A stretch of 64,000 nucleotides of DNA from Camelus ferus. Lineage: Eukaryota. Below, one piece after another: positions 1-11,449 of the stretch (positions are counted from its first letter, which is position 1; each line of letters starts with the position of its first letter). The notes below the pieces were generated by a model. That model ran no database searches. It saw nothing but the letters and a program-made list of their open reading frames with translations, and was not told where the DNA came from. The stretch lies in the NCBI RefSeq assembly GCF_009834535.1, contig NC_045697.1:57848001-57912000 (forward strand), written 5' to 3'. The translations under genes and the position numbers were made by a program.

Positions 1-59
1 TTCACAGAAGGTATGAAAATGTTTCTTCCCCCTAAAAGTGAAACTTTATAACTCACATT

Positions 60-315
60 CTCTTTCCAGATATGTGTTAATGTCTGAATATAATGCCAGG
101 GAATACTGTAGCCAACTTGCTATGAGCCTATGGAGAAAATGAAGCAGAAAATGGCAGAAAGATGGTGGTGTTCTACCTGTTATCACTAATCATCTGATTA
201 ACTTGCTGGGACTACAAGAACTCTAGACTTTTTGTTGTGGAGATGATAAATTTTCCTTGATTTTAAATAGAATGAAATAGTTGCTGTAATTTACAAACAA
301 GACATTCTAACCAAC
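60..315 (+). mobile_element. Old MaLR LTR remnant (MLT1J/K-like 3' half)
   Basis: Motifs 'aaaatggcagaaagatgg', 'ctctagactttttgttgtggagatgataaattttcctt' and terminal 'cattctaac' resemble recalled MLT1 3' consensus; highly diverged. Confidence 0.5.
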
Positions 316-1295
316 AGTGATGACGACAGTATGTGGTAAGTGTTCAACAGATGTTATTTTCCTTATTTCCCATTTATCCCTAGAAGTGTTACAGTATGTA
401 TACCTAAAATTATTTAGCTTGATACCAATCTAAATGCTGTATAGAAAAAAATTGTTTGATCAACTGCTTAACTTGAATCCATGGGGGAAATTTATAACCA
501 GTGCTAATTATGTGCTAAGTTCATCCTCACTTAAGAATAAAATTAGCATAATTTGACTAGATATCTCAGTGTAGAAATGAGATGAGAAATCACTTTATTT
601 TGCCCATTAAGATATAATTCTGCATTTTTAAAGGTTGACATTAGTTCAAACTAAAAATTATTTTATTATTACGTATTAAAATCAATAGAATATTGATACA
701 ATTAAAAGCATACTGAGCATCCAGCATACTAAGGGATCATAAAATGTATATTTCATTCTAATAATAAAGTTAAAGAAAATAGTTAAAAGCTAATGAGGAT
801 AAGCATACATAAGTTATCTTTATTTCTCATCTAGAAAATATACTCAAGGAGCTAATTCAGTTTTTTTTTCCAATAAACTGTATAATTCGTATCTATGTTG
901 TTTCTATGAGTGGAGAAAAAAAATCAAGGAACTTAACTATAGATGGCAGTTCAGAGCTTTCCTTGATTAAACTGCGAACATTCAGAAGAAAAACAAAAAA
1001 CAAAAAACAACTCCCTAAAGGAAGGAAGCTCTTGACAGATGAGAAAATTCACTTATATGCATTCTTGACACCAGGCAGCCCTGAATAAGTCCTGGGAAGG
1101 AGTTATTTTTTTTTTAACTTTGTTAAGAATAATAGGGTGAGTTTCAAAAGAGCATTCTAATTAAGGACTAGAAATAAAATAAAAGATTTGGATAAAGTGA
1201 TGGCAGTTAAGGATCTTATCCTCTTTTGAATTCTTTTAACAATTACTGTCCAAACCATATTTATGGCATTTACTTTTGACTGCATTCCTTTGCAT

Positions 1296-1312
1296 TGTGT
1301 GTGTGTGTGTGT
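1296..1312. repeat. (TG)n microsatellite
   Basis: Direct read of tgtgtgtgtgtgtgtgt. Confidence 0.9.
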
Positions 1313-2029
1313 TTGTACCTCTTTTTTTCAGTCATAGGGGACTGTAATTTTAAATAGCTAAGATGTAGTCTCCATCCTTGCCTTTTCTATTTTTTTCTTG
1401 GCACAGAAGAAAGATTTATAAATCGTAGGCTTTTGATAAATTTTGTAGGTGAGTGAGGGATAAAGTAGAACTATAATTTATAATTTGTTTACTTTTAAGA
1501 AAATTTAATTGTTTTTTGTGCTAATGCTGACATTTTTATAAGAAAAATATTATAAATGAAAAATCATCCTAATAACCTATAATTACCAAGTTTACTATAA
1601 ATATACATCCAAAGCACAAGTTACTAAAAAGTCACTCCATGTTAGTACTGCACCCTATTTACTAGTAAATTTTTGAGGGTAAATAATTTCTAATTTACTG
1701 AATTTGATCTCTACAACAGAAGGCAGATCATTTCCATTTTCATGACTGCCCCAAATCCAATGAAGAGAACTTTTATTTTGATCCAAAAGCATGTTGTTGT
1801 CCATTCCCAGGTCTAAAAAGAATCTCTGTGAGAATAAGAAACTGCTAACTAACAATACATACACACACACTCTGCACTGATTGTCATATTGTCATATCTC
1901 TTAGTTGACATGAAGTCTCTAGCTAGCCTATTGAAAGCTTGCAACTTCCCAGGGAAGGGTTAGAAGGTCAACTGAGGTCAATTTAGTGAATTTCAGTTCT
2001 TAGCTTGGAAGCAACTACCCATTCCCAAC

Positions 2030-5000
2030 CCCAGCCCTGTAGCAAATGGTTGTACACTTTTTTTTCTGAAGCAGCCTGCACAGAGCTTGCAGAGCCAGAG
2101 TGGGCAAAAGGACACGTCCTCCAAATATCAGAGATTTGTGCTCTGATCACTCATTGCTGCTTCTGATCTCAGAGGTGTAGAGTAAGAAGTGGGTGACCAT
2201 TGTTGGTGCATCTCCCCCCATTGTTGCAAGCCCCCCTTTCTCCAGCTAAAGTGATTTCTAAGGGCTTTAAAGGGACACTGCCCTTTTTCCCCATCTCTTT
2301 TTCCCCCTTTTGGGAGACAGACATTAATGACTAAGACATTCAAAAGAAATGAACAGGCTCAGAAAAGAGCTGATAAAACCATAAGTATATAACTCAGGCT
2401 GATCCTTGGCAAAGAGACAGCTTAAAACAATAAAAACAAAAACAGCAAACCAAAACAGTAGCAGCAACAATAAAAATTTAAGCAAAACTTGGGAAATTGG
2501 GAGAATATGATTAAGAAAGAGCTAACCATGTTTTTAGGTTCAATTGTCCAGTTTTTAACAACAACAACAAAATTACAGGGCATACAAAGAAACAGGATAA
2601 TATGGCAGATACTAACTACTATATATAAAATAGATGAACAAGTTTATATTGTATAGCACAGGGAACAATATTCAGTATCTTGTAGTGACCTATAATGAAA
2701 AAAGAATATGAAAAGGAATATATATATATGACATATATATATATGTATATATGACTTAAACATTATGCTGTACACCAGAAATTGACACATTGTAAACTGA
2801 CTATACGTCAATTAAAAAAAAAAAAAACCAGAAATAGGATAATATGGTCTATTCAAAGGAAAAAAAATCAACAAAAGCTACCCTTGAAAAAGATCTGATA
2901 GCAGATATACTAGACAAAGGCTTTAAAACAGTCTTAAAGATGTTTGAAGAACAAAAAGAAGATGTGGAATAAATCAAGAAAATGATGTATGAACAAAATG
3001 AAAATATCAATGAAAAGAAAATCTATAAAGAAAACAAAATGAAATCCTGAAGCTAAAAGTACAACCACCAAAACAAGAAATTCACTAAAGGAATTTAAAG
3101 GTAGATTTGAGCAGGTTGAAGAAAGAATCAGCAAATTAGAGATAAGGTATTAGAAAGTACTGAGTGTGAGAAGCAGGAAAAAAAAGATGGAAGACATGTG
3201 AAAAGAGCCTAATGAACTTATGAGACACTATTAAGCATACAGTGAGAGTCCCAGAAGGAGAAGAGGAAAGGTCAAAGAGAACATTTGCAAAGATGATGAC
3301 TGAAAACCTCTCAAATTTAATAAAAGGCATGAATATATACATCTTAAGAAGCTGAACAAACTCCAAGTAGGATAAATGCAAAGAAACCCATTTTGAATCA
3401 CATTATAATAACACTTTCAAAAGTCACAGACACAGAATCTTGAAAGTAGCAAGAGAAATTACTCATCAAATTAAAGAGAATTCAATAGGATTATAAGATT
3501 TCTTTTCAGAAACTTTGGAGGTTAAAAGGCAGTGGGCAGATATATTCAAAGTGCTAAAAGAAAAAAAAAACTGCCAATCAATAATCCTATATCCAACAAA
3601 AATTTTCTTTGCAAGTGAGGAAGAAGTAAAGACATTTCCAGATAAATAAAAGCTGAGGGAGTTTATTACTATCAGACCTGCCCTGCAAGAAATGCTAAAG
3701 AGAGTTCTGCAAGTTAAAATGAGATGACACTAGACAGTAACTCAAAGCTATTTGAAGAAATGAAGATCTCAATTAAAGTAAACACATGGACAATTATAAA
3801 TGCTAGTATTACTGCAACAACACTTTATAATTCCACTTTTTGTTTTCTACGTGATGAAAAACGTATTTTAAAAAAATCAACAATTATTAGTCTAAAAGCT
3901 AGTATTATTATAACTTTAATTTGTAATGTCACAGTTTATTTTCTACATAATTCAAGAGACTATAAAATAATTATTAGTTTATGCTTTGGGGCACATACTT
4001 TTTGTGACATCAACAACTGAAAGAAGCAGGGATGGAACTATAAAGGAGCATTTTTTTTTTTTAATGTTATTGGGTTAAGCTGGTATAAATTCACATTACA
4101 GTGTTAAAACTTTAGGATGTTAAATGTAATCCCCATGGTAACTACAAAGAAAATAGCTTAAGAATATACACAAGAGGGAATGATAAAGGAATTTAAATAT
4201 TCTACTACAAAAAAAAAGCAACAAAACATAAAAGACAATAACACAGGAAATGAGGAACAAAAAAGCTTTAAGACATATGGAAAACAAATAATAAAATGAC
4301 AGAAGTAAATTCACATTCAAGGAACTCAGAACAGAGACTGCCTCAACATACAAAAGCCATATATGAAAAACCCATAGCAAACATCATGCTTAATAATGAA
4401 AGACTGAAATCTCTTCCTCCAAGATCAGATACAAGGCAAGGATGCCTACTTTCACACTTCTGTTCAACACAGTACTGGAAGATTTAGCCAACTTAGTGAA
4501 GAAAAAGAAATAAAAGCCGTCCATTTTTGAAAGGAAGAGGTAAAATTATCTCTGTTCACAGATATTGTCCTCTTACATGCAGAAAACCCTAAGGAATCCA
4601 CATACAAAAAAAAAAAGACTGCTAGACTTTGAATTTAGCAAAGTAGTGGATACAAAGCCAACAAGCAAAAAATATTTGCATTTTTATACATTAACAATGA
4701 ACAATCCTAAAATAAACTTAAGAAAGCAATTTCATTTACAATATCATTAAAAAGAATAAAATACTTAGGAATTAACCAAGGAGCTGAAAGACTTGTACGA
4801 TGAAAACTACAAAACGTTGCTAAAAGAAACGAAAGGAAACATTAAAAAAGGGAAACACATCTCATGTTTATGGAGTGGTAGACTTAACATTCTTAAGATG
4901 TCAGTACTACCCAAGACAATTTCTATATTGAATTCAATCCCTAGCAAACTCCCAATGTCATTTTGTGCAGAAGTAGAAAAACTCATCCTAAAATTAATAT

Positions 5001-6485
5001 GAAATCTCAAGGGCTGCCCAAATAACCAAAAAAATCTTGAAAAAGAATAACAAAACTGGGAGACTCACACTTCCTGATTTCATAACATTACTAAGCTTCA
5101 GTAATCAAAGTGTGGTACTGGCATAAAGAGACATATAGAGACATATAGATCACGGAATAAAATAGAGAGCCCAAAAATAAACCCTCACATATATGCTAAA
5201 ATGATTTGAGAAGGGTGCTAAGACCATTCTATGAGAAAAGTACAATCTTTTCAACAAATAGTGCAGGAAAAATTGGATAGTCACATGCAAAAGAGTGAGG
5301 CTGGATCTTACCTAACACCACATACAAAAAGTGACACAAATGAATCAAAGATCTAAATGGAAAAGCTTCAACTATAAAAGTCTTAGAAGAAAACAGGGCA
5401 AAAACTTCATGACATTGAATTTGGTGGTTATTTCTTGACTATGACATGAAATCCAGAAACAACACAAGTAAAAAAAGACAAATTGGACTTCATGAAAATT
5501 TAAAAATTTTGTACACTTAGAGATGTTATCAATAGAATAAAATGGCAACATACATAGTAGAAAATTTTTGCAAATCATATATATGTTAAGAGATTAACAG
5601 CCAAAAAATAGACCTCATAAAACATAACAATGAAAAACAAACAACCCAATATCAAAATTTGGCAGAGGACCTGAGAAGGATTTGCATATCCAAAGTAGAT
5701 ACACAAACGTCCAGTAAGCACATGGTAAGAAATTAACATCACCAATCATCAGGGAAATGCAAATTAAAACCAGTGAGATATTATCTCACACCCACTAGGA
5801 TGGCTAGTATCAAAAGTCAGAAAATATTAAGTGCCAGTGAGATTGTGGTGCAATTGGAATCCTTGTGCACTGCTATTGGGAATGTAAAATGGTACAGCCA
5901 TTACAGAAAATGGTATAGTGGTTCCTCATAAAATTAAACAAAAAATTATCATCAATTTTACTTTTTGGTATGTGTACAAATTAACTGAAACCAGAGTCTT
6001 GAAGAGGTATTTATCACCCATGTGCATTAGCAGAATTATTCACAATAGATCAAATGTGGAAGTACCCATCAGTGAATGAATGGGAAAGCAAAATGTTGAA
6101 TATACACAAAATGAAATATTCAGCCTTAAAATCCTACATTCATTACACATGTATAACATATTCTACAGTGTGGATGAACTTTGAGGACATTAGGCTAAGT
6201 GAAATAAGCCAGTCTCAAAAATAATATTGTATGATTCCACATATATGAGGTATTTAAAATAGTCCAAATCATAGAGAAAGTAGAACTGTCACTTGCCAGG
6301 GGCTGAGTGGGAAGGAGAATGGGAAGTTATTGTTTAAGGGATACAGAGTTTTAGTTTTATAACATTAAAAAAGTTCTGGAGATGCATGGCGGTAATAGTA
6401 TCACATTATAATAAATGTATTTAATTCCACTTAAAAGTGATTAAGATGGTAGGTTTTACTGTTAAGTGTATTTTACCATAATAAA
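2030..6485 (+). mobile_element. Degraded LINE-1 (L1MB-like): 5' region, ORF1, inter-ORF spacer, internally deleted ORF2 and 3' UTR
   Basis: ORF1-like DNA ~2850-3720. ORF2 peptides KAIYEKPIANIMLN..RQGCLLS (4296-4487) and YDENYKTLLKE..WSGRLNILKMSVLPK (4793-5002). L1MB-type 3' end 'gatggtaggttttactgttaagtgtattttaccataataaaa'. Many stops and frameshifts. Confidence 0.9.
2606..2829 (+). mobile_element. Young 5'-truncated L1 3' end nested in the older L1
   Basis: L1 3' UTR motifs (gtatagcacagggaac, tgctgtacaccagaaattgacac), poly(A) tail, 18-bp TSD AGAAA(C/T)AGGATAATATGG at 2588-2605 and 2830-2847. Confidence 0.92.
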
Positions 6486-7570
6486 AGAAGATAAACTGTA
6501 ACAATATGCCCCCCAAATGCTATGCTAATTTGCTGACATTTCATGACAAATAATTTTAGAATTTATCATAAGTCAAGAATTAACGTCAGAAGGGAACCAC
6601 TGGTTTTAGGGTCCCAGTGACCTCTCTGACTCACAAAGGCAAGTAGAGTTAGTTGGCCATGACAATCTGCTGTAAATGACATTAGGATGCATATCCTCTA
6701 AGAAAGCTGATCTACACAGGTTACCATGGAGCCTGAAAAAGTTTGGGTCCTTGGTAGAGAAAGAGGTAATAGGAATAATAAAAGAATGAAGGAATTAAAT
6801 GAAATCAAATCAAAACAAAATTCGCAATTATGGAGAAACTTTTCTATAAAAGTGTGTTTCTTTGTTTTTTTAATATAGATGTATATCCAAGAGGAGTTTT
6901 GATGAGTTCAGCAGGAGAAAGAAATGATCACTAAAGGTTAGGAAAAAGAAAGTAAATGCTAAGTATTCTAGGTCCAGAAGGAGACTACTATATAAAAAAA
7001 TATTACACATATGACACTTCAAATAAGACATGGCTCCTTCTAGTCTAGGAGTTGCTGAATTTTCAGCATGATAAAATTGTTATTCTCACTGCATCAACTT
7101 CTGTAAGCCTAGATTATATCTTAAATAACTCAATAGAACCTCCATTTTCTTTTAAACCAATACCTAAAAATCCAAAATTTGTCCCTAGATTACCAACATC
7201 TTTTACCTTATAATGTGTAAAATATTCTCTTTAATTTACTTCAACTGTTTCTTCAGATATATAATCTTAAATAAGTTGCTAGTTTTATAAGTATACCAGC
7301 CTTTAATAGATTTTGTATATTTTATCTGCATGTATATATGGTGTACAGTTATCATACATTATAAAAACAAAAATATAATCATTATATGTAAGATACAAGT
7401 ATTATAACTAATAAAAATATAATTTTTGCAAAATTAAAAACAGTTATATAAAATGATATTGTAATGTTTATAGCTCTATTATATTCCAGTTTCTGAAAAT
7501 TCTGTATCTATTTCTGTATTGGATTACCAGGTAACACTTCTCTGCTCAAATTCCTTCAATAGCTCTGTAG

Positions 7571-7675
7571 TTAACTCATAATTTTAGTACACTTAGTTAT
7601 GTCAAGAATTGAATTAAATAAAAGTGTACTAAAATTATGAATTAAACTCAGTTATGTCAAGAATTGAATTAAATA
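7571..7675. repeat. Compound inverted plus direct repeat (A-B-rcA-B)
   Basis: 7571-7594 is the reverse complement of 7622-7645 (1 mismatch in 24). 7591-7620 is repeated at 7646-7675 (1 mismatch in 30). Confidence 0.9.
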
Positions 7676-8465
7676 TGAATTTAATTCTACCAGATTTTAC
7701 TGTTTTCCATTTGTCAAATTACTTCTTTGTTCATGTCTTCCTCCTTTACTTACCTTTAAATTAATTGATAATCACAATTAATTTTTAGCTCTTCATTTTT
7801 GTATTATTCTTTTGGTGATTACAGTAAGGATTACTATAAGATTCTTTGAATTATTACAGAACACTTTATCTTTACAAAGAATCAAACTAACTACAAGCCT
7901 TGGTGGTCAAGATAATTTATTTGTCCCCGTGTTGCTATAATATATTACCTAAAATGTTAACTACTTTTTAATGAGGCATGAAAGGCAACAGAAGATTGTG
8001 ATCCACATATAGGGAAAAAAGTAGACAACAGAAAAAAATGTTTGCAGGAGACCATATGTTAGATTTAGCAAACAAAGACTTTTAATTAGCTGTTATAGAT
8101 ATATACAAAAACTGTTTAAAAATTTTAAGGGAGGAATGATAGCCATGTCTCATGAAATAGGAAATAATAAAAGTTATATTTAACCAAGTGAAAATTCTGG
8201 AACTGAAAAACACAATAATAAAAAAATTACTAAAGTGACTCTGCAGTAAATCTGAGCTGATAAAAGCAAACTTGCAGATATATCAATATAGATTATTCAA
8301 CTCATTGAATAGGGCAAAGAGACACACACATAAAAAATGAAGACAAATCTAAAGATTTTCAAAGAAATGTAGGATGCTAGTAACTGTGCCAATAGACATA
8401 CAATGGGAGTCTCATAAGAGGAAAGAGATAAAGTATCAGAAAAAAAATTCAAAACATAATTGGTG

Positions 8466-8620
8466 GGAGGAGGGTATAGCTCAAGTGGTAGAGCGTATGC
8501 TCAGCACGCATGAGGTCTTGGGTTCAACCCCAGTACCTCCTCTAAAAAGAATAAATAAATAAAGTAAATAAACCTAATTATCTCTCCCCTCAAAAAAAAA
8601 TGTAAAAAAAAAAAGAATAA
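8466..8620 (+). mobile_element. tRNA-Ala-derived SINE (camelid vic-1-like)
   Basis: Head 8472-8540 resembles tRNA-Ala(AGC), with A box tagctcaagtgg and B box ggttcaaccc. It is followed by 'aaataaacctaattatctctcccct' and an A tail. TSD core TAATTGGTG at 8457-8465 and 8628-8636. Confidence 0.88.
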
Positions 8621-9109
8621 AAAATATTAATTGGTGATCAAAAATAAATCTGCTGATAAAAGGGGTAGTCCATTGGGAAGACATAACAATTCTAACATAT
8701 GCACCAGACAATGGAGAAATTATATAAAGATAAACTAAATTTGAAGTTAAAAAATAGGAAATTCAACAATACTTTAATATGCCACTTTCAATAACTGATA
8801 GAATGCCAGGTATATCATGAAGGATAAAGAAGACTTGAACAATACTATAAACTAACTAGATTTAACAGTCATGTATAGAACACTTCACCCAACAAAATAA
8901 AATACACATGAAACTTCTCAAACACACACGCATGAAATTTTCTACAGGATAAACATTCCAAACAAAAAAAGAAAAAAAAGAAAGAAAAGAAAAAATCTTC
9001 AGTAAATTTTAAAACATTGAAATTATAAAAGTACATTATCCTACTACAATGTAAATTAGAAATTAATAACAAAATAAGATTTTAAAAATTCACAAGTATG
9101 TGAAAATTA

Positions 9110-9341
9110 ACACATCTTTCAGTCTTTCTCTGTGACTCCTGGTTCTATCATCATATCTCTTCTAATTTTCTTGTCTCTTTTCCCTAATAAACACTCTTTA
9201 GTTACCTTAGGCCCACATGGATAATCCTGGGAAAATTTCCCCAGCTCTAGGTTCCCAACTTAATCATATCGGCAGTTTCCTTTTACCATGTCCCAGCTAT
9301 CAGGACATGGGCACTTTTAGGGGGCTATTATTTTGCCCACT
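9110..9341 (-). mobile_element. MaLR LTR fragment (MLT1C/D-like)
   Basis: 'ggcccacatggataatcctggg..acttaatcatatcggcagtttcctttt..ttttagggggctattattttgcccac' is the reverse complement of the MLT1 5' portion; it interrupts L1 ORF2. Confidence 0.75.
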
Positions 9342-10621
9342 TAAAACTACTAAAATTGGCATAAGAAAAAAATAGAAAATCTGAATATGGCAATTAAACA
9401 GATAGGATTAGTAATTAATTTCTCTCAGACCCAGATGGTTTCATAAATGTCTGGTAAATTATATGTAAAGAATTAAAACTAATCCTTTATAAACTCTTTC
9501 AAAATTAGAAGAAGAGGGGATATTTCCCAACTCATTTGATGAGGCAAGCACTACCTTGATACCAAAACCTGACAAAGACAGCACAAGAAAATAAAACTGT
9601 ATTCACTGTAAATATAGATGTAAAAATTCTCAACAAAATACTAACAAACTGAATCCAGTATCTTATAAAAAGCACTATACATCATGATGAAAAGTGATTC
9701 AGCTAAGAAATGCAAAGTTGTTTTCCAACTTCCAAAAATCAACAATGTACCATATTAACAGAATGAAAGACAAAAAACACACGATCCACTAAACAGACAG
9801 AAAAGGCATTTAATAACAAAGCCCAAAACACTTTCATGATGAAAATGTTAAATATACTATCAAAAGAAGGAAATTTCCTCAACATGATGAAGGGACTCTG
9901 CAATAAAATTATAGCTAACATCATACTTAATAGTGGAACTCAATACTTTCTTCCTAAGATGAGGAATTTAAAAAAGATAAATACTTTTATCATTTCTATT
10001 CCACACTGACTAATACTGAAGATGTTAGTTACATCACATCATACAAAAAAATTAACCCAGAATGGATCAGACCGAAATGAAACAGCTAAAACTATAAAAC
10101 TCTTAGAAGAAAATATAGGAATAATCCTTCCTGATTTTTAATTAGGCAGTGGTTACCTTGATTCAACACCAGACCACAAGAAACAAATGAAAACTAATAG
10201 ATAAATTGGGCTTTACTAAATTTTAAAACTTTTGTGATCCAATGGACACCATCAAGAAAATGAAAAGATAGCCCACAGAATGGAAAAAAATGCAAAGTAT
10301 GTATTAGATAAGGGAATAATATCTGGAGTATAATAAATAACTCCTAACTTAATAATGGAAGAAGGATTTGTATAGACATTTCTCCAAAGAAGATATGCAA
10401 CTGGCCAGCAAGCATATGAAGAGACACTCAAATCATTAGTCACTAGGGAAATGCAAACCCAACCCAGGATAAAATGCCACACTCACTTGGATGGGTAAAA
10501 TAAAAAAGACTGCAATAACAACTGCTGGTAAGGATGTGGTGACAGTGTAGCCCTCATGTTATATACTTTAAGTGGTTTAATTGTATGGTTATGTGAATCT
10601 TATCTCAATAAAGCTGTTAAA

Positions 10622-11100
10622 AATAGTACAGAAATTTCTAATACACCCTTCATTCAACTTCTCTTCAAGTCAACAACAACAAAAATGTCTTACGTAAGTA
10701 CAGAACATATAGCAAAGCTAAGAAATTAACATCAGTGCACAATTTTCAATGAAAAGTACAGAACTAATTCAGATTTTTATGCATTTTCCACTAATTTCTT
10801 TTTTTTCTCTGATAATCCAGGATCCCCCATTGAATTTAGTTGTCCTTCAGTCGGTAACAGTTCTTCAGTCTTCCCTAATATTTATTACTTAGACAATTTT
10901 CCAGAGTAACTGGCCAGTTATTTTGTAGAATATCCCAATTTGTATTTTTCTGATGTTTTCTCATGACTATGTTGAGTAATGCATTATTGGCAAGGACATT
11001 ACAGAGACGATGTGCCCTTCTCAGGGGGCTCTACAATAACAATGTGATTTGGTTTATCACTGGTTATGTTCATCTTTATCTCTTGGCTAAAGTGTATCTG
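10622..11100 (-). mobile_element. L1MC4/5-like 3' UTR fragment
   Basis: 'gaaattaacatcagtgc..aatccaggatcccccattgaatttagttgtc..ggccagttattttgtagaatatccc' resembles the recalled antisense L1MC 3' end. Confidence 0.75.
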
Positions 11101-11232
11101 GGGTAATTAGAATGTTTTAAAACTAGATTGTGTTACAAAACTTTGTGTGTATACTAAAATGCCATTGAATTGTACATATTAAATTAATGAATTTTATGTT
11201 GTATTAATTATAGTTAGTAAAGCTATTAAAAC
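11100..11232 (+). mobile_element. L1ME/MB-like terminal 3' fragment
   Basis: 'tgtgtgtatactaaaatgccattgaattgtacatatt..agtaaagctattaaaa'. Confidence 0.6.
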
Positions 11233-11449
11233 AATGCACTTATGCCCACCTATATTAAGAGAGGTACATTTCTCAAGTTAAGTGGTAACAGTCCCAACTT
11301 AGTTTCTATTATTTGAATATCATCTAGTGTACTGCTAACAATTCTCACCATCAGAGTTAAGAAAGTGGAGCCCTATGAATATCTACGATTAAAATCTCTC
11401 CTAAAGATTGCAGTTAGGATAGGAACTGATCAATAAATTGCATCACATA

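Larger units (their letters stand above)
7960..10620 (+). mobile_element. Old fragmented LINE-1 (ORF1-like, ORF2 EN/RT/C-terminal pieces, 3' end), interrupted by a SINE and an MLT1
   Basis: ORF2-like DNA 'gaagacttgaacaatactataaac', 'cccaactcatttgatgaggcaagcactaccttgataccaaaacctgacaaagac', 'agggaaatgcaaacc'; 3' end 'tatctcaataaagctgtt'. Confidence 0.8.

Noticed and set aside
7591..7675. CRISPR-like repeat-spacer-repeat (30-bp repeats)
   Set aside because: Only two repeats, the spacer is an inverted copy of adjacent DNA, the context is mammalian and no cas genes are present.
8472..8540. Apparent tRNA-Ala gene
   Set aside because: It is followed by a SINE-specific tail, poly(A) and a TSD, and its stems are mutated; it is a SINE head.
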